A stretch of DNA of 64,000 bases from positions 71,920,001 to 71,984,000 of the forward strand of contig NC_042999.1 in NCBI RefSeq assembly GCF_006345805.1, given 5' to 3'. The position numbers and the translations under genes are program-made. The stretch comes from Octopus sinensis (lineage: Eukaryota). Below the pieces are notes generated by a model, which searched no databases, had not been told where the DNA came from, and saw nothing but the letters and a program-made list of their open reading frames with translations. This document shows positions 38,703 to 50,753 of this stretch, in pieces (positions within the stretch are counted from its first letter, which is position 1; every line of letters starts with the position of its first letter).

Positions 38703-39958
38703 GAGTGACAGAGCAGTGCATGCCATCAGAGTGACACTGGGGTAAAATATACGAAGCCCAATATACCCATCATGACCACCCGTCTGATAAGGGTACACCA
38801 GGCACATGCATCACAACCATATGTGCGCGACATGGTGATCTCATATCAAGATAAACAGCACATGACCTTGCAGGTGGGGCCCAGTTAGAATTTTCTTCAG
38901 GTTGAGTAGCCCATCCCGCTCAAAAGGTCCCTGAATAAGGGTTATTTAAGGATGTTGGAAGAACCACCCATGTTTCCAGAGGTGAATTATTCAAACCCCA
39001 AAGAATCCCTCTCAACACATGGCTATGATGCTCCCCCACTACTTCTGCTCGTGATCAGAGATGCACATATCGTTAGCCAAGACGTCGCACATTATACAAT
39101 ATCCTGAGGTTTTTGATTTAAGATATTGTATCTACCAGGGGTTTGTACTGTTTATCAAGTCACACACAACAAGGACCTCAGACAGATAATACTTTACGCA
39201 ATATGCTTGCAGTTCCAAGTAATGCTGACTTTTGCAAAACATCTAGATTGTTGTGTATCTGTAAGGTTTTCAGATGTTTTTTCACATTGGGTGATATTGA
39301 GCTCAATACTCCGATGACAATAGGGATATAACCGTTATGTTCGACTCTCGTAGCTGCCACATCTTAGCGATCTCAATTCTCAGGTCTCCATATTTATCAA
39401 CTTTTTCTCTTTCTTTCATGATATGTTGATTTCCTGGTACTGCTACGTCGACTATTAGGCACTCTTGTTTTCTCCCACCTAAAGGATACCGTATCCGGCC
39501 CCTCGGTGCTCCAACACTTTGTCTGGAAATCAAAGTCCCAGAGGATTTTTGCCTTCCCCTTTTTGTCCATTATCTTTTCCGGTGAATGTTGGTACCAGGC
39601 ACCCATAATCTCATATCCATACTTACGGCATAGTAACCAGTGGAGGTTTTGGGCTACTTTGTCTTGTCTACACTTGTACTCTTTCTGCGCAAGACTTTCA
39701 CAAGCACTAAAAACGTGAGTTACACTTTCTACCCCCTTCCCTCATATTCTGCAGCGGTCCGATGCACTTGTATGGTATATATTCATTTTCAGTGAGTTGG
39801 TATTTAATGCCTGGTCATGGGCCACTATAGTTAGGTTTTCAGTATTCTCTTTTATGTCACCCTCCTTGAGTGGCCTCCAAAAGACTGCTCCCTGGTCTTT
39901 TAATTTGTTGGTTTCACGGTGGACCTGACCATGTAATTCCATACGTTGGCTGTTCTTG
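38702..39958 (-). mobile_element. Third, divergent R4/Dong-like element (RLE end plus probable 3' UTR) ending in (TAA)n
   Basis: LHGQ, AHDQALNT, ILWDFDFQT, IVDVAVPG, KVDKYGDLRIEIAKMW, LQKSALLGTASILRKVL. Assignment of 38702-39125 as 3' UTR is inferred. Confidence 0.8.
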
Positions 39959-39959
39959 T

Positions 39960-40017
<58 letters not shown>

Positions 40018-40566
40018 CACATGTGTGTGTGTACATGGGAATTGAAATTTTATCATTTGGCCTGAACGGAAAGTAGTGCTATGACACTTTGGAAGAAATG
40101 CTTCATTCATGATGAAAATGGACCAGGTTATCTTCAAATACCCAGGAGACATGACCACAGTATGCAACACTAAATCAAATTCTAAATATAAATTTGTAAC
40201 AGCTCGTCGGATTCACGTCTTCCTCAGAGGCGATAGTTATTGTTGGTGACACAAGTCCATGGAGACTGGAAAACTAAAGCAATGGTTGCGCATTGTCATC
40301 GATGCAGTCAATGTAATAGCGATTCTTGATGCTGAGCAATAAGATCTGGTCGAAACGCATTCTAATGTTAAAATCGCTAAGCAGCAGCAGCAGCTTTTTC
40401 TAAATAACTCGTAGTTTCTAGAATTGTCTTTGAGTGCTGGTTATAGAATTCGCCCTATGCGTTTCGTGCAGAGAACTGGGTTGAGGTACAGAAACTAAAA
40501 GAGTTGATATGATGTTTATAATTCGAAGAGAGAACATCCGCACTCCCTCGCACTCCTTACATCTCC

Positions 40567-40636
<70 letters not shown>

Positions 40637-40712
40637 CCTTGCGCGTGAACGTATGTGTGTGGTGTGAGTATCTACGTAGGTTTATTTAGTATTTTTTTTA
40701 TTTCTCTCCAAT

Positions 40713-41055
40713 ATGGCACAGGCGTGACAATGAAGTAAGAAGTTGCGGGTTCAGTCCCACTGTGTGGAACGTCACGTAAGTGTCTTCTAATATACACGCA
40801 GGCTGACCAAAGTTTTGCGAGTGGTAGACAGAAACTGTACGCCTGATTCACGCCTTCTTCACAGGCCAACAACACACACACTCTGTGTGTGTGTGTCTGT
40901 GTGTCTCTTTATGTGCTTGTCCCTCAGCATCGCATAAAAACAATAGAATATAAATCAGGCTTAAAAAGATAACTACTGCTGTCGATTTGTTCGACTAAAG
41001 CTTTCAAACTGGTACCTAGCTTGGCCACAGTTCAATGCCTGAAACAAGTGAAAGA
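40713..41055 (+). mobile_element. SINE family A, degenerate
   Basis: GGCACAGGCGTG..GGTTCAGTCCCACTG..GTGTCTTCTA..GGTAGACAGAAACTG..GTCGATTTGTTCGACTAAAG..TGAAACAAGT. Confidence 0.75.
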
Positions 41056-41371
41056 GCTGGATTGTGGCTCAGAAATAAAGTTTTTATTAGAATTTATACA
41101 TTAACAGGGTAGCCTTTTTTGTATGGATGGATGTATGCTTGTGCGCACATATACTATCCACAGGCAAGTTATGCAGTATTTGCCCCGAGATATGTCTTAT
41201 AGACTTGCTATATAAAAACACAGTAAATATAAGAGAGAAACAAAAATTCGACCCAACAACAGTTACCGAGAGCACCAGATGAATGTCAGGTTTTTGGGGT
41301 GAGGTGGGAATTTTCAACGACTCCTACATGCAACCAGCAACGTGAACTGACGAAAGCCTATAGATATATAT

Positions 41372-41593
41372 ATATTTCTTTACTAAAGAAATACAGGGCT
41401 AAACACAGAGGGGACAAACAAGAACAGTCAAACGGATTATGCACTGGTGCATAACTGGTTCTTAATTTATCGACCCCGAAAGGATGAAAGGCAAAGTCGA
41501 CCTCGGCGGAATTTGAACTCAGAACGTAACGGCAGACGAAATACGGCTACACTTTCGCCCGGCATGCTAATGTTTCTGTCAGCTCGCCGCTTT
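41372..41593 (-). mobile_element. Young SINE family B copy with 20-bp target-site duplication
   Basis: GAAAGCCTATAGATATATAT at 41352-41371 and 41594-41613 flanks the SINE. Confidence 0.92.
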
Positions 41594-41660
41594 GAAAGCC
41601 TATAGATATATATGCTCTTATTTGGTAAGTGGTGCCAAATTTTACAATCTGTAAATAAAC

Positions 41661-41970
41661 ATATTCTATAAGCTTACAGCTTATAGGCGATCACCGTGCA
41701 TTGACTAAAGTAAACAGTCTAATATTGGGGCACATAATCCCTCGACGGAAAAAATACACTAAAGTACACACTGGTATTTGTCGTCAGATTTAAGAAATAT
41801 AATTTCATAGTCTTGTTTTGCCTCTAAACAAATTAGTGCGTTTTCTGCGGTGCATCGAGGTTTGGTTCTTTTATCCGTCGAGGATTCTTTTATCCATATG
41901 CCGTAATAATAAAGTATTTACTTTAGACGATGCACGGTGATCGTTTATACGCTGTAAGCTTATAAAATAT
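41661..41970. mobile_element. MITE with ~53-bp TIRs
   Basis: ATATTCTATAAGCTTACAGCTTATAGGCGATCACCGTGCATTGACTAAAGTAAA pairs with TTTACTTTAGACGATGCACGGTGATCGTTTATACGCTGTAAGCTTATAAAATAT. Confidence 0.8.
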
Positions 41971-41984
41971 TATCAGCATAATTA

Positions 41985-42075
<91 letters not shown>

Positions 42076-42208
42076 TATGTCTATGTAAATAATGATACAA
42101 ACACATATACAACCATTCATACGTGCGAATGGACATGTATAGATATATCTACCTATTTACATATACATAAATATATACACACACACATACACACACACAC
42201 GCACACAC

Positions 42209-42240
<32 letters not shown>

Positions 42241-42242
42241 CA

Positions 42243-42273
<31 letters not shown>

Positions 42274-42656
42274 CATGCACTTATATCGCTAGGATGCTGT
42301 CAATAATGATTTAATAAGGAATATGCGCGAAAGATTCGATCATAGGCCAATTACTTAACCAGCTGATACTTTGTTTCTATTGTGGTTGAAGAGTCTCCTA
42401 GAGGTAATCTCATATTTATGAGGGCCTATATATTATTCAAATGATAGGTATCAGATTAGATTCACTCTTTGTTCAATATCTAAATACCAATTACTCTATA
42501 TATTTACCTTGAATAAACTGACAATACAAATATATTCAAGAACCGCTTAATGTTTGTCAATCTCGCTGTTGCCAGTCATGAAATCTATAATTAACTTACA
42601 CGCCTTTTTTTCTCCGTGTTTCAAATCTATCTTTCCTGTATCTCTGATGTGTGTGT

Positions 42657-42688
<32 letters not shown>

Positions 42689-42700
<12 letters not shown>

Positions 42701-42883
42701 CTTATGTATGTGTGTTGTGTATGTTTGGCGGGATGTACGCTTTGAAATTGTATGGAATACAATCTCGTAATGTATTTTCCCTTGATTGATGCATATATTG
42801 CGTATATTTGCCACCGTGCTTTTGATGGTTGCAAAACGGATGGATGTGTCGTATTAGCATATACATATACACACATATATATG

Positions 42884-42940
<57 letters not shown>

Positions 42941-43124
42941 GTGTGTATGTATATGCTTATACGACACATCCATCCGTTTTGCAACCATCAAAAGCACGGT
43001 GGCAAATATACGCAATATATGCATCAATCAAGGGAAAATACATTACGAGATTGTATTCCATACAATTTCAAAGCGTACATCCCGCCAAACATACACAACA
43101 CACATACATAAGCCTATATATATA
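42689..43124. repeat. Near-perfect 179-bp inverted duplication around a (TA)n/(TG)n spacer
   Basis: 42689-42867 versus 42946-43124, one mismatch seen. Both arms bounded by (TA)n. Confidence 0.92.
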
Positions 43125-44690
43125 GGTGAGAAAGTTGGTGTGTGAAAGCACGTGGTTGAATATATAGAAAATAGTAAAAGGTGAAAAAACTACAGAAGGC
43201 TTGTTTTAAAAGGTTAAAAAATATATTTGAGTCATTATGTCAGAAGAATGTTATAAAACTTTTTTCATAGTGACATAGTTTTTGAAGAAATAACCGGTTT
43301 CGTGTTAACTTTTAAATTTCTCAAAACATCGTGTTATGTCTTCGTTATGAAGTGTAAAGTAGAGTTCCAGGTAAGGGGAGGTAATAAGTGATTTATTCCG
43401 GTGTAAGGGAGATAATCGCTTTATATTTCTTGCCCCTTTTATTTAAAGGGGTGAGTTTCTCTGTATAAGAATGTTAGAGTGGTTAAGTTTGGGCTTATAT
43501 TTTTCAATGAAGAATGTTTCCTTGTTTAGTCTAATTTGTGTTGGTGTTCCAATAGCACATTGATAAAATGGAAAGATTAAAAATTGTGGTCGTTGTTGCT
43601 TTGCGCATTTCTCAATATACTCACTAAAGGGTATCATTCTGTATTCTGGGAATGCAATCTATTGTCGATGCAGTGTGCATCTATGTCTGAGTGATAGTCC
43701 CGTGGACCCCCTCTCTCAATACATAAGAGAGAATTGGAAAAGATTCCTGGACGATTGTTTTATACTCTGGAATGAAAACACAGATAAACTCCTAAAATTC
43801 AAAATCCTATTGAACAGCATCAACCCAAATATACAGTTCACAATGGAATACAACCAAAAGGAGTTTCCATTCTTAGATATACTAATTTAAAAAATTAACC
43901 TTAAAATAGAAACAGAAATTTTTTACAAAGCCACCGACGCCAAACAATACCTACTTTTTGATTCATCTTCAGTAGTGAAACTGGTTGATGCTTCTGCTAG
44001 TCTCAATTTTCTGCAAAATTCTGTCAAAATCCTCTCAAAAGGGCTCAAATTTACGCCAACTCCACGCAGAGCCAACTTAAATGAAATCAAGGATAATATA
44101 ACAGAATTTTGCAGAAAATTAAGACTAGCAGAAGCATCAACCAGTTTCAATACTGAAGATGAATCACTAGTCAAGAACAAAAGTGAACACATCCCCCACA
44201 GAGGAAGAACTAAAGATATTGACGAATTCTGCAGCCACATTGAGAACTTTCCCTACCATACTATACATAAACAGACAGTTAACTCAAATTTTAACACTTC
44301 ACAATGGAAGGAACTGATAGAACTTCAAAATGATGAAGATATAACCATTAAGGAAGCAGACAAGGGAAGTGCAGTTGTAATAATGGATACATCATACTAT
44401 AGAAATCTTGTAATTTCCTTGCTTGATGACAATCAACATTATGAAAAAATCACCAACTACACCCCGCAAAAAATAATGAAAACTCTATCTTCACTAATTA
44501 AAACCCATGAAAAGGAACTAATAACCACAGAGATTGACTTTCTAACAAACTTTAAATGCAAGCCTAGCCTCATCTATGGTCTGCCAAAATTCATAAAAGC
44601 CAAATTATAAATGAAACCATTAAAAACCACCAAAGACATACATACACACACCTAACCCGGGGGACCTAAAACTATATAAATTAAAACTCT
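43125..44690. mobile_element. Scrambled Penelope-like element: inverted GIY-YIG/3' end (-), RT core (+), inverted linker, N-terminal part (+)
   Basis: Minus 43443-43700: IFPFYQC..RLNKETFFIEKYKPKLN. Plus 43700-43960: WKRFLDDCF, FPFLDI, YKATDAKQYL. Plus 44025-44610: LSKGLKFTPTP, KEADKGSAVV, YGLPK. Confidence 0.88.
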
Positions 44691-44891
44691 CCTACACCTT
44701 TTTATTTATATGTTTGTGCCATTGCTAAGTAAAAAATTGTTTGGTATGAGAATAAATATTTTTCAAAATTTAAAAACGACTGCACGATTTAGATTCAGGT
44801 ACACTTTCAAATCCCAAAACAAACTCTCCCATAGTTTTGTCTGCGAGGGAATACACTTCTTTCTACACACACACACGCGCGCGCAGGCACA

Positions 44892-44945
<54 letters not shown>

Positions 44946-45312
44946 CACACACACACATAAATATATATTACATAGAGACATAAATCAAGAAATGGAGCCA
45001 AACGCAGGTGTTATTCAAGTCTTTATACATGTGATATATGTTTCTAAGAAAACATTGATATTATTCCGGAGGAAATAAAATGAGGTTAAACAATGCAATC
45101 ATCTCGCCAGAGAAAAAGAGAGAAACAAAACACTTCAATAAGCCATTTTAACCGAATGCGGTTACCGCGTATGTGATAAAGTGTATAGTATTTATACACA
45201 GAGAGGTGACCCTTTACAGGATGCCTTACATGCTAGAGAGGACAGACAAACCTAAAACACAAAGAAAATGTATTCCAAATAGAATGAAACCAAGAATTAT
45301 TTATAGTTAATT

Positions 45313-45376
45313 CCAAACTCGAGTATCTGTATTAATGAACAAATAAATTAATTAGTCATTTGTACTTCATCAGTGG
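45313..45376 (-). ncRNA. Degenerate hammerhead motif (GAAA changed to GATA)
   Basis: Minus: CCA-CTGATGA-AGTAC...TACA-GATA-CTCGAG-TT-TGG, palindromic ACTCGAGT. Confidence 0.45.
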
Positions 45377-45469
45377 GATCGCCTAAGATAATTCTTAGCT
45401 ATGGAGCAAATACGTACCTAAATACCACGTGTGCTGCATGCATATATATATGCATGCAAGTTATTTTTT

Positions 45470-46390
45470 AAAAAATCGATCGTTAATAGAGTTAACGTCA
45501 AAGGCAATTTGGAGAAAGAGAAATTTATTAGCTCTTTCAGTAATCACTTAAAGGCTATTACAAGTAATTTAGTAAGAAATATTTCACTTAGACTTTCTAT
45601 ATTATCTACTAATATTGATATCTTCAAAGATAAAGCCGAATTTTATAATTCTGCCTTGCTTAAAGCAGGCTATAAAGAAAAAATTACCTATATTAACCCT
45701 ATTGACATTAAGGGTGGTAAACAGTACTTATGACCCTTTATATGTAATAAAAATAAGTCTAGAACTTTTAAAGATAATCATCCTAATAAAAAGGTGTCCT
45801 AGTAAAACCGTTTGGTTGATAATTCCATATGGTAAGCAGCTCAAATCCAACCTCCCTTACTAGTTTCGTGAAGCTATAGATAAAAATTTCCCAAATAAAT
45901 TCAAGATACCATTCCATAATCAATCACACCAAATTAGAATAGGGTTTTCAAGGACCAAAATCCTTTCACAAATCATCTCCTTGCATAGCAATAAGTTGTT
46001 GATTACAAATCCACTTAATGAAAATAATAAGATTGATATTATTAACGCTAACCATTCTTTGAACAATAATAACAACAATATTAATATTTCTGATATAAAT
46101 TCGAATCGTATTCGTTTCTTTAGCAGTAATTCTGAGACTAGAAACTCTGTTTATCAATGTAAAATTTCTTCCGGTTCTGTTGTCTTTATTTACATAGGTA
46201 GTTCATCGTTTCAGTTGTCAAAAAGAATATCTAACCATTACTCTACATTTAGACATATCAATAAACGTAATAATACTGGGCTTCATAAATTAATTTGGTA
46301 TCAAAAGGAACATAACAAACAATTTGATTTGGAATGAAATATTCTATCTAGATCCTTCTCCTATAATAACGGTAAATCTTTCTGTCCGCT
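45470..46390 (+). mobile_element. PLE relic of a second clade (RT thumb + GIY-YIG)
   Basis: ISLRLSILSTNIDIF...YNSALLKAGY and SVYQCKI...IYIGSS..LSKRISNHYSTF...TGLHKLIW. Confidence 0.8.
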
Positions 46391-46789
46391 AGCCCTAACC
46401 CTAACCTCTCTTACACCCAAAAATAAATCTCCAGGCTAACCTAAAGTTTCGGGAACCAATACCCACCAATCTACCCACATCATCTCAATCAATGGAAGAA
46501 CTTGCCTCCGAGACTTAAACCTCAACACGAATACTTCAAGCATTCAACGAGACACCACATAACTTCTCCCTCCACCCACATTACTATATCAAAAATAAAT
46601 TTAACCCACATCAACCATAGACAATATAAGAACCCTCAGTACAACCATAATCTAGTCCGCTACACTGTCACTCCACCACAAACATACTACCACAGACACA
46701 TTACACCCATTTTCGCTTCAGTAAACCAAGCACAATACAGACTTTCGACAACCACCCACGTACTACAAGCACTTTTAGACCTAAATTAG

Positions 46790-49400
46790 AGAAACAGAGA
46801 TGTAAAATGGAACAAAATGTACAAAAACAACCGAAAATAAGTATTACACAGACTAAAAGAGATTTAAAATTTACACCAACCTTTCGCAGATCGAACCCGA
46901 ATGAAATTAAGGATAACACTATGGATTTCTGCTGAAAATTACGCCTCACAGAAGCACTTCACAACTACATCAGCGAAGATGACTCAATAGTAAAAAACAA
47001 AAGCGAATACTTTCGTACAAAAGGCAGAAATAACGCACTTGATGCTTTTTGTGAACACATTACCAATTTTCCTTTTAATACTCTACGAAACAACGAATTA
47101 AATCCAATCTTAACACAAATGAATGGAAACACATAATCGAGTTAAAGCATGATATAAACCTGATCATTAAAGAAGCCGACAAAGGAAGTGTGGTATTAGT
47201 GATGGACACAGAGTACTACAAAAAATTAATACTCTCCATGCTGGAAAACAATATTTACTAAGATAGTACAATACAACCCACAGAAGTCACTTAAAAACTT
47301 AAATCCTCCTTACTTCAAATACATGGAAAGGGCCTCACTAAAAAAGAAATTGACTATTTATCCAATTTTCAATACAGACCAAGTCTATTCTTGGGATTAC
47401 CTAAAATACACAAAAATCTACATATTTGTAAATCTTGCAAAGTTTCGCCAAGGCAATGCATTAATGTTCCTCCGCTGCTGACCTGAAACTTAGACCCATC
47501 ATTGCTGGCCCTGCTTGTGAAACCCACCGTTTGAGCAACTTCCTCGACATCTTACTCAAACCTTTTCTAAAATATGTGAAAAGATTCATCAGGGATGACT
47601 TAGACATGCTTAACCACCTCCCGAAGACAATAAATGAAGAAAGCCTGTTTGTATCATTCGATGTGGTGAACCTGTACACCAATATCCCACACGATTATGG
47701 TATAGAAGCAATCACCTTCTGGTTAGAAAAATACCTAGAAGAGATTCCAGGAGGTATCAACTACAGCTTCATAATTGCAGCTATCCTACAGAACAACTAT
47801 TTCATGTTCGATATAGTTTACTATCGACAAAAATATGGAATTGCAATGGGAACTCGAGCTGCACCAGTGATTGGGAATCTTGTAATGGGTTACCTAGAAC
47901 TTACAATATACCAATCATCACCACAAAAATATGGTACCTCATTTCATTGCTATTTAAAGGAGAGCTGGAAGTGGTATTTGGACGATTGCTTTATACTTTA
48001 GACCGATAGCATGGTCAAACGCCTCGATTTCAAAATAATGCTCAACAATATCAATAGGAACATACAACTCACCTTGGAGCACAGCAATAAACAACTCCCT
48101 TTTCTTGACATTATAATTATAATAGTCAATAACCACGTCGAAACAGACATCTTCTATAAACACACAGATTCAAAACAATACCTATTATTTAACTCATGCC
48201 ACCCCAAACACATAAAACTTAATATACCATATAATCTAGCGAAAAGAATCTGTGCCATAGTTTCGGACACCTATACTCGTGAACGAAGACTCCTTGAACT
48301 CAGAACAATACTAATCAAAAGACATTACCCAATATCATTAATAAATGATTGCATTAAACGAGCAAAGGAAATAGACATACGAACATTAAGGAAAGTCAAC
48401 CGAAATACTACAACAGACATCTCCCATACATCTCCACACATAACCCTAGAAACAATGAAGTCTTTAACATTATCATCCAAAATGTACCCATCCTCACAGG
48501 TGATAAAACAATGAACAAAAGTTTACGCTCACACAAAATTATCAAAAGCGAAATGCAACCAAAATCATTTTTAAAATATTAACCAACGCAAGACTATATC
48601 CATTAAAAACGGAACCAAAAGTAAAACAAAATGTGGTCGACCTAACTGTGGCATATGCCCCTATCTTTTGTAGGGTTCAGCGTTCCACTTTAAGGTAAAA
48701 TATTTAAGATTAAATCAAATTTCACCTATGTCTCGGAAAACCTAATCTATGTCATTACCTGCTTAGGGTGTGGTAATCAGTATATTGGCCAAACAGGAAT
48801 ATCATTCCGTCGAAGAACCACCCTCCGCACAGAACAAATCTGCCACTTCCAATACAAACAGATACAGGTCAGTGAGAACATATAAAGGTGTGCTAGGAAC
48901 TTTAATCCTAATTTCCTAAATTTCCCCTTCTATCAATGTTCACAGAACTGCTACGTACAGCAAAGAATGAATAAAGAGACAACTTTCTTCAATAAATATC
49001 TCCCACAACTCAATTTGAACACATAACATAACACAGGATAATACCAACCCTTCAATTAATACCACTAACTCCCATACATCCAATACGCAATTTACATTAC
49101 AGTATTATATCTACCCTAATTGCACCAAATCCAGACCTACTTACATCCCTTACACATAATCGTTTTACTCAGGGACTAGTAAACCCGACACCGTTCGGTA
49201 ATCGGTGCGCATTCAAAGTCAGTGAATACTAATTTTACGAAACCGGTATGTTTTTGAATCTCTTTAACAATTCACAATAATGACTTATATTACTTTTATT
49301 CCTACCCCAGTTCATCTAATTTTATATATCTATTGTTACTTTTCATAAAAAAAACCTTACTGTTTTTGATTTCCAATGTGCATTTTCGCTCTTTTCTTCT
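46790..49400 (+). mobile_element. Near full-length degenerate Penelope-like element (Neptune-like: RT, Cys linker, GIY-YIG)
   Basis: LKFTPT, KEADKG, GLPKIHK, LRPII, SFDVVNLYTNIP, GIAMGT, WYLDD, PFLD, SCHP, CGRPNCGICP, NLIYVITCLGCGNQYIGQTG, FPFYQC. Frameshifted. Ends at a (TA)n tract. Confidence 0.92.
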
Positions 49401-49447
49401 AACTTTCCCTGTATATGTGTGTGTGTAACTCTATGTGTGCATTTATA

Positions 49448-49528
<81 letters not shown>

Positions 49529-49727
49529 ACACGCACATATATATGTATATTATGTGTGGGTGTATGCGCAAATATATAATTATATATTTGAATACGCATA
49601 AATAGATATATGTGCATGTACGTCCACGTGTACATTTATATGCATATCCATATAGATACACAGTTATGTATTTAAATATACGTACGTTTATATATATGTA
49701 TGTGTGTGTGCATCTGTATGTGTGCGT

Positions 49728-49812
49728 GCACAACTATATAAATATATGTGCACAAATATATAAATATATGTGCACAACTATATAAATATATGTGCACAAA
49801 TATATAAATATG
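49728..49812. repeat. Minisatellite, 22-23-bp unit, ~3.5 copies
   Basis: A(C)TATATAAATATATGTGCACAA repeated. Confidence 0.85.
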
Positions 49813-49876
49813 TGTGTATAAGTATATACGCATCATTTTAAGCCTCTAGTACGCTCAAATGACTATGGGTATATTT

Positions 49877-49934
<58 letters not shown>

Positions 49935-50391
49935 AGAGAGAGAGAGAGAGAGAAAGAAAGAACTCCCTCCTCTAATTATGTTGTGTGAGTTAAGTACAGT
50001 TTCACGAACAATCATATCTTTTGTTTTTATGATGATAAGACTTCATGCCACACTTTAACAATAACCTTACATTCGTGAAGTCCATACACGATTGATTTTT
50101 TTTTAAATTTTACACACCTTAATTCATACAACAACACGCAATCGTTTATGTGTATGCGTGTGTGTGTATCACAAATGAGTTTATAAAACATATGCATATT
50201 TGCATATATGTATATATGTATATATTATGTATTAGTAATATATGTAAATATAGTTATAAGTGTGTGTATGCGTCATCTTTCTATGTTTCATGCTTGCGTT
50301 TCTATATCAGGATGCATATACATATATATGTATGTATGTATATATATATATATCTTTGTGTGTTTGTGTATAAGTGTGTGCGCACGCGCGC

Positions 50392-50433
<42 letters not shown>

Positions 50434-50621
50434 CTTTCCTCCACAAATTCTATGCTATAATTAGCAGTATTTGATTTACGCCGTCCATTATTTTGATCTG
50501 GTCCTACTGCCTGAGTCAATAATCGATTTACTATTATTACTTTACGAAGAAGACAAACATGTGCCTTGAACCGATTGTATATATTTCGTTTTTCATTTTT
50601 TTTAATTAAACTTCCTTTCAG

Positions 50622-50753
50622 AGCTGAGGCCATGTAAACGAGACGAATTTAAATGTGACAACGGTCAATGCATTCCTGGTTATTTACGATGTTTTAAAGG
50701 GCCAAACACTGACAGACTTGGATGTGCCGATTATTCTCATTTAAAACAATGCC
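50622..50753 (+). CDS. Internal coding exon, atypical LDLa module 2 (not in the ORF track)
   Basis: CTTCCTTTCAG acceptor, 132 bp, phase 1-1, GTAAGT donor. Encodes LRPCKRDEFKCDNGQCIPGYLRCFKGPNTDRLGCADYSHLKQC. Confidence 0.92.

Noticed and set aside
49728-49812. Short direct repeats as a CRISPR-like array
   Set aside because: No unique spacers. It is an AT-rich minisatellite in eukaryotic DNA.
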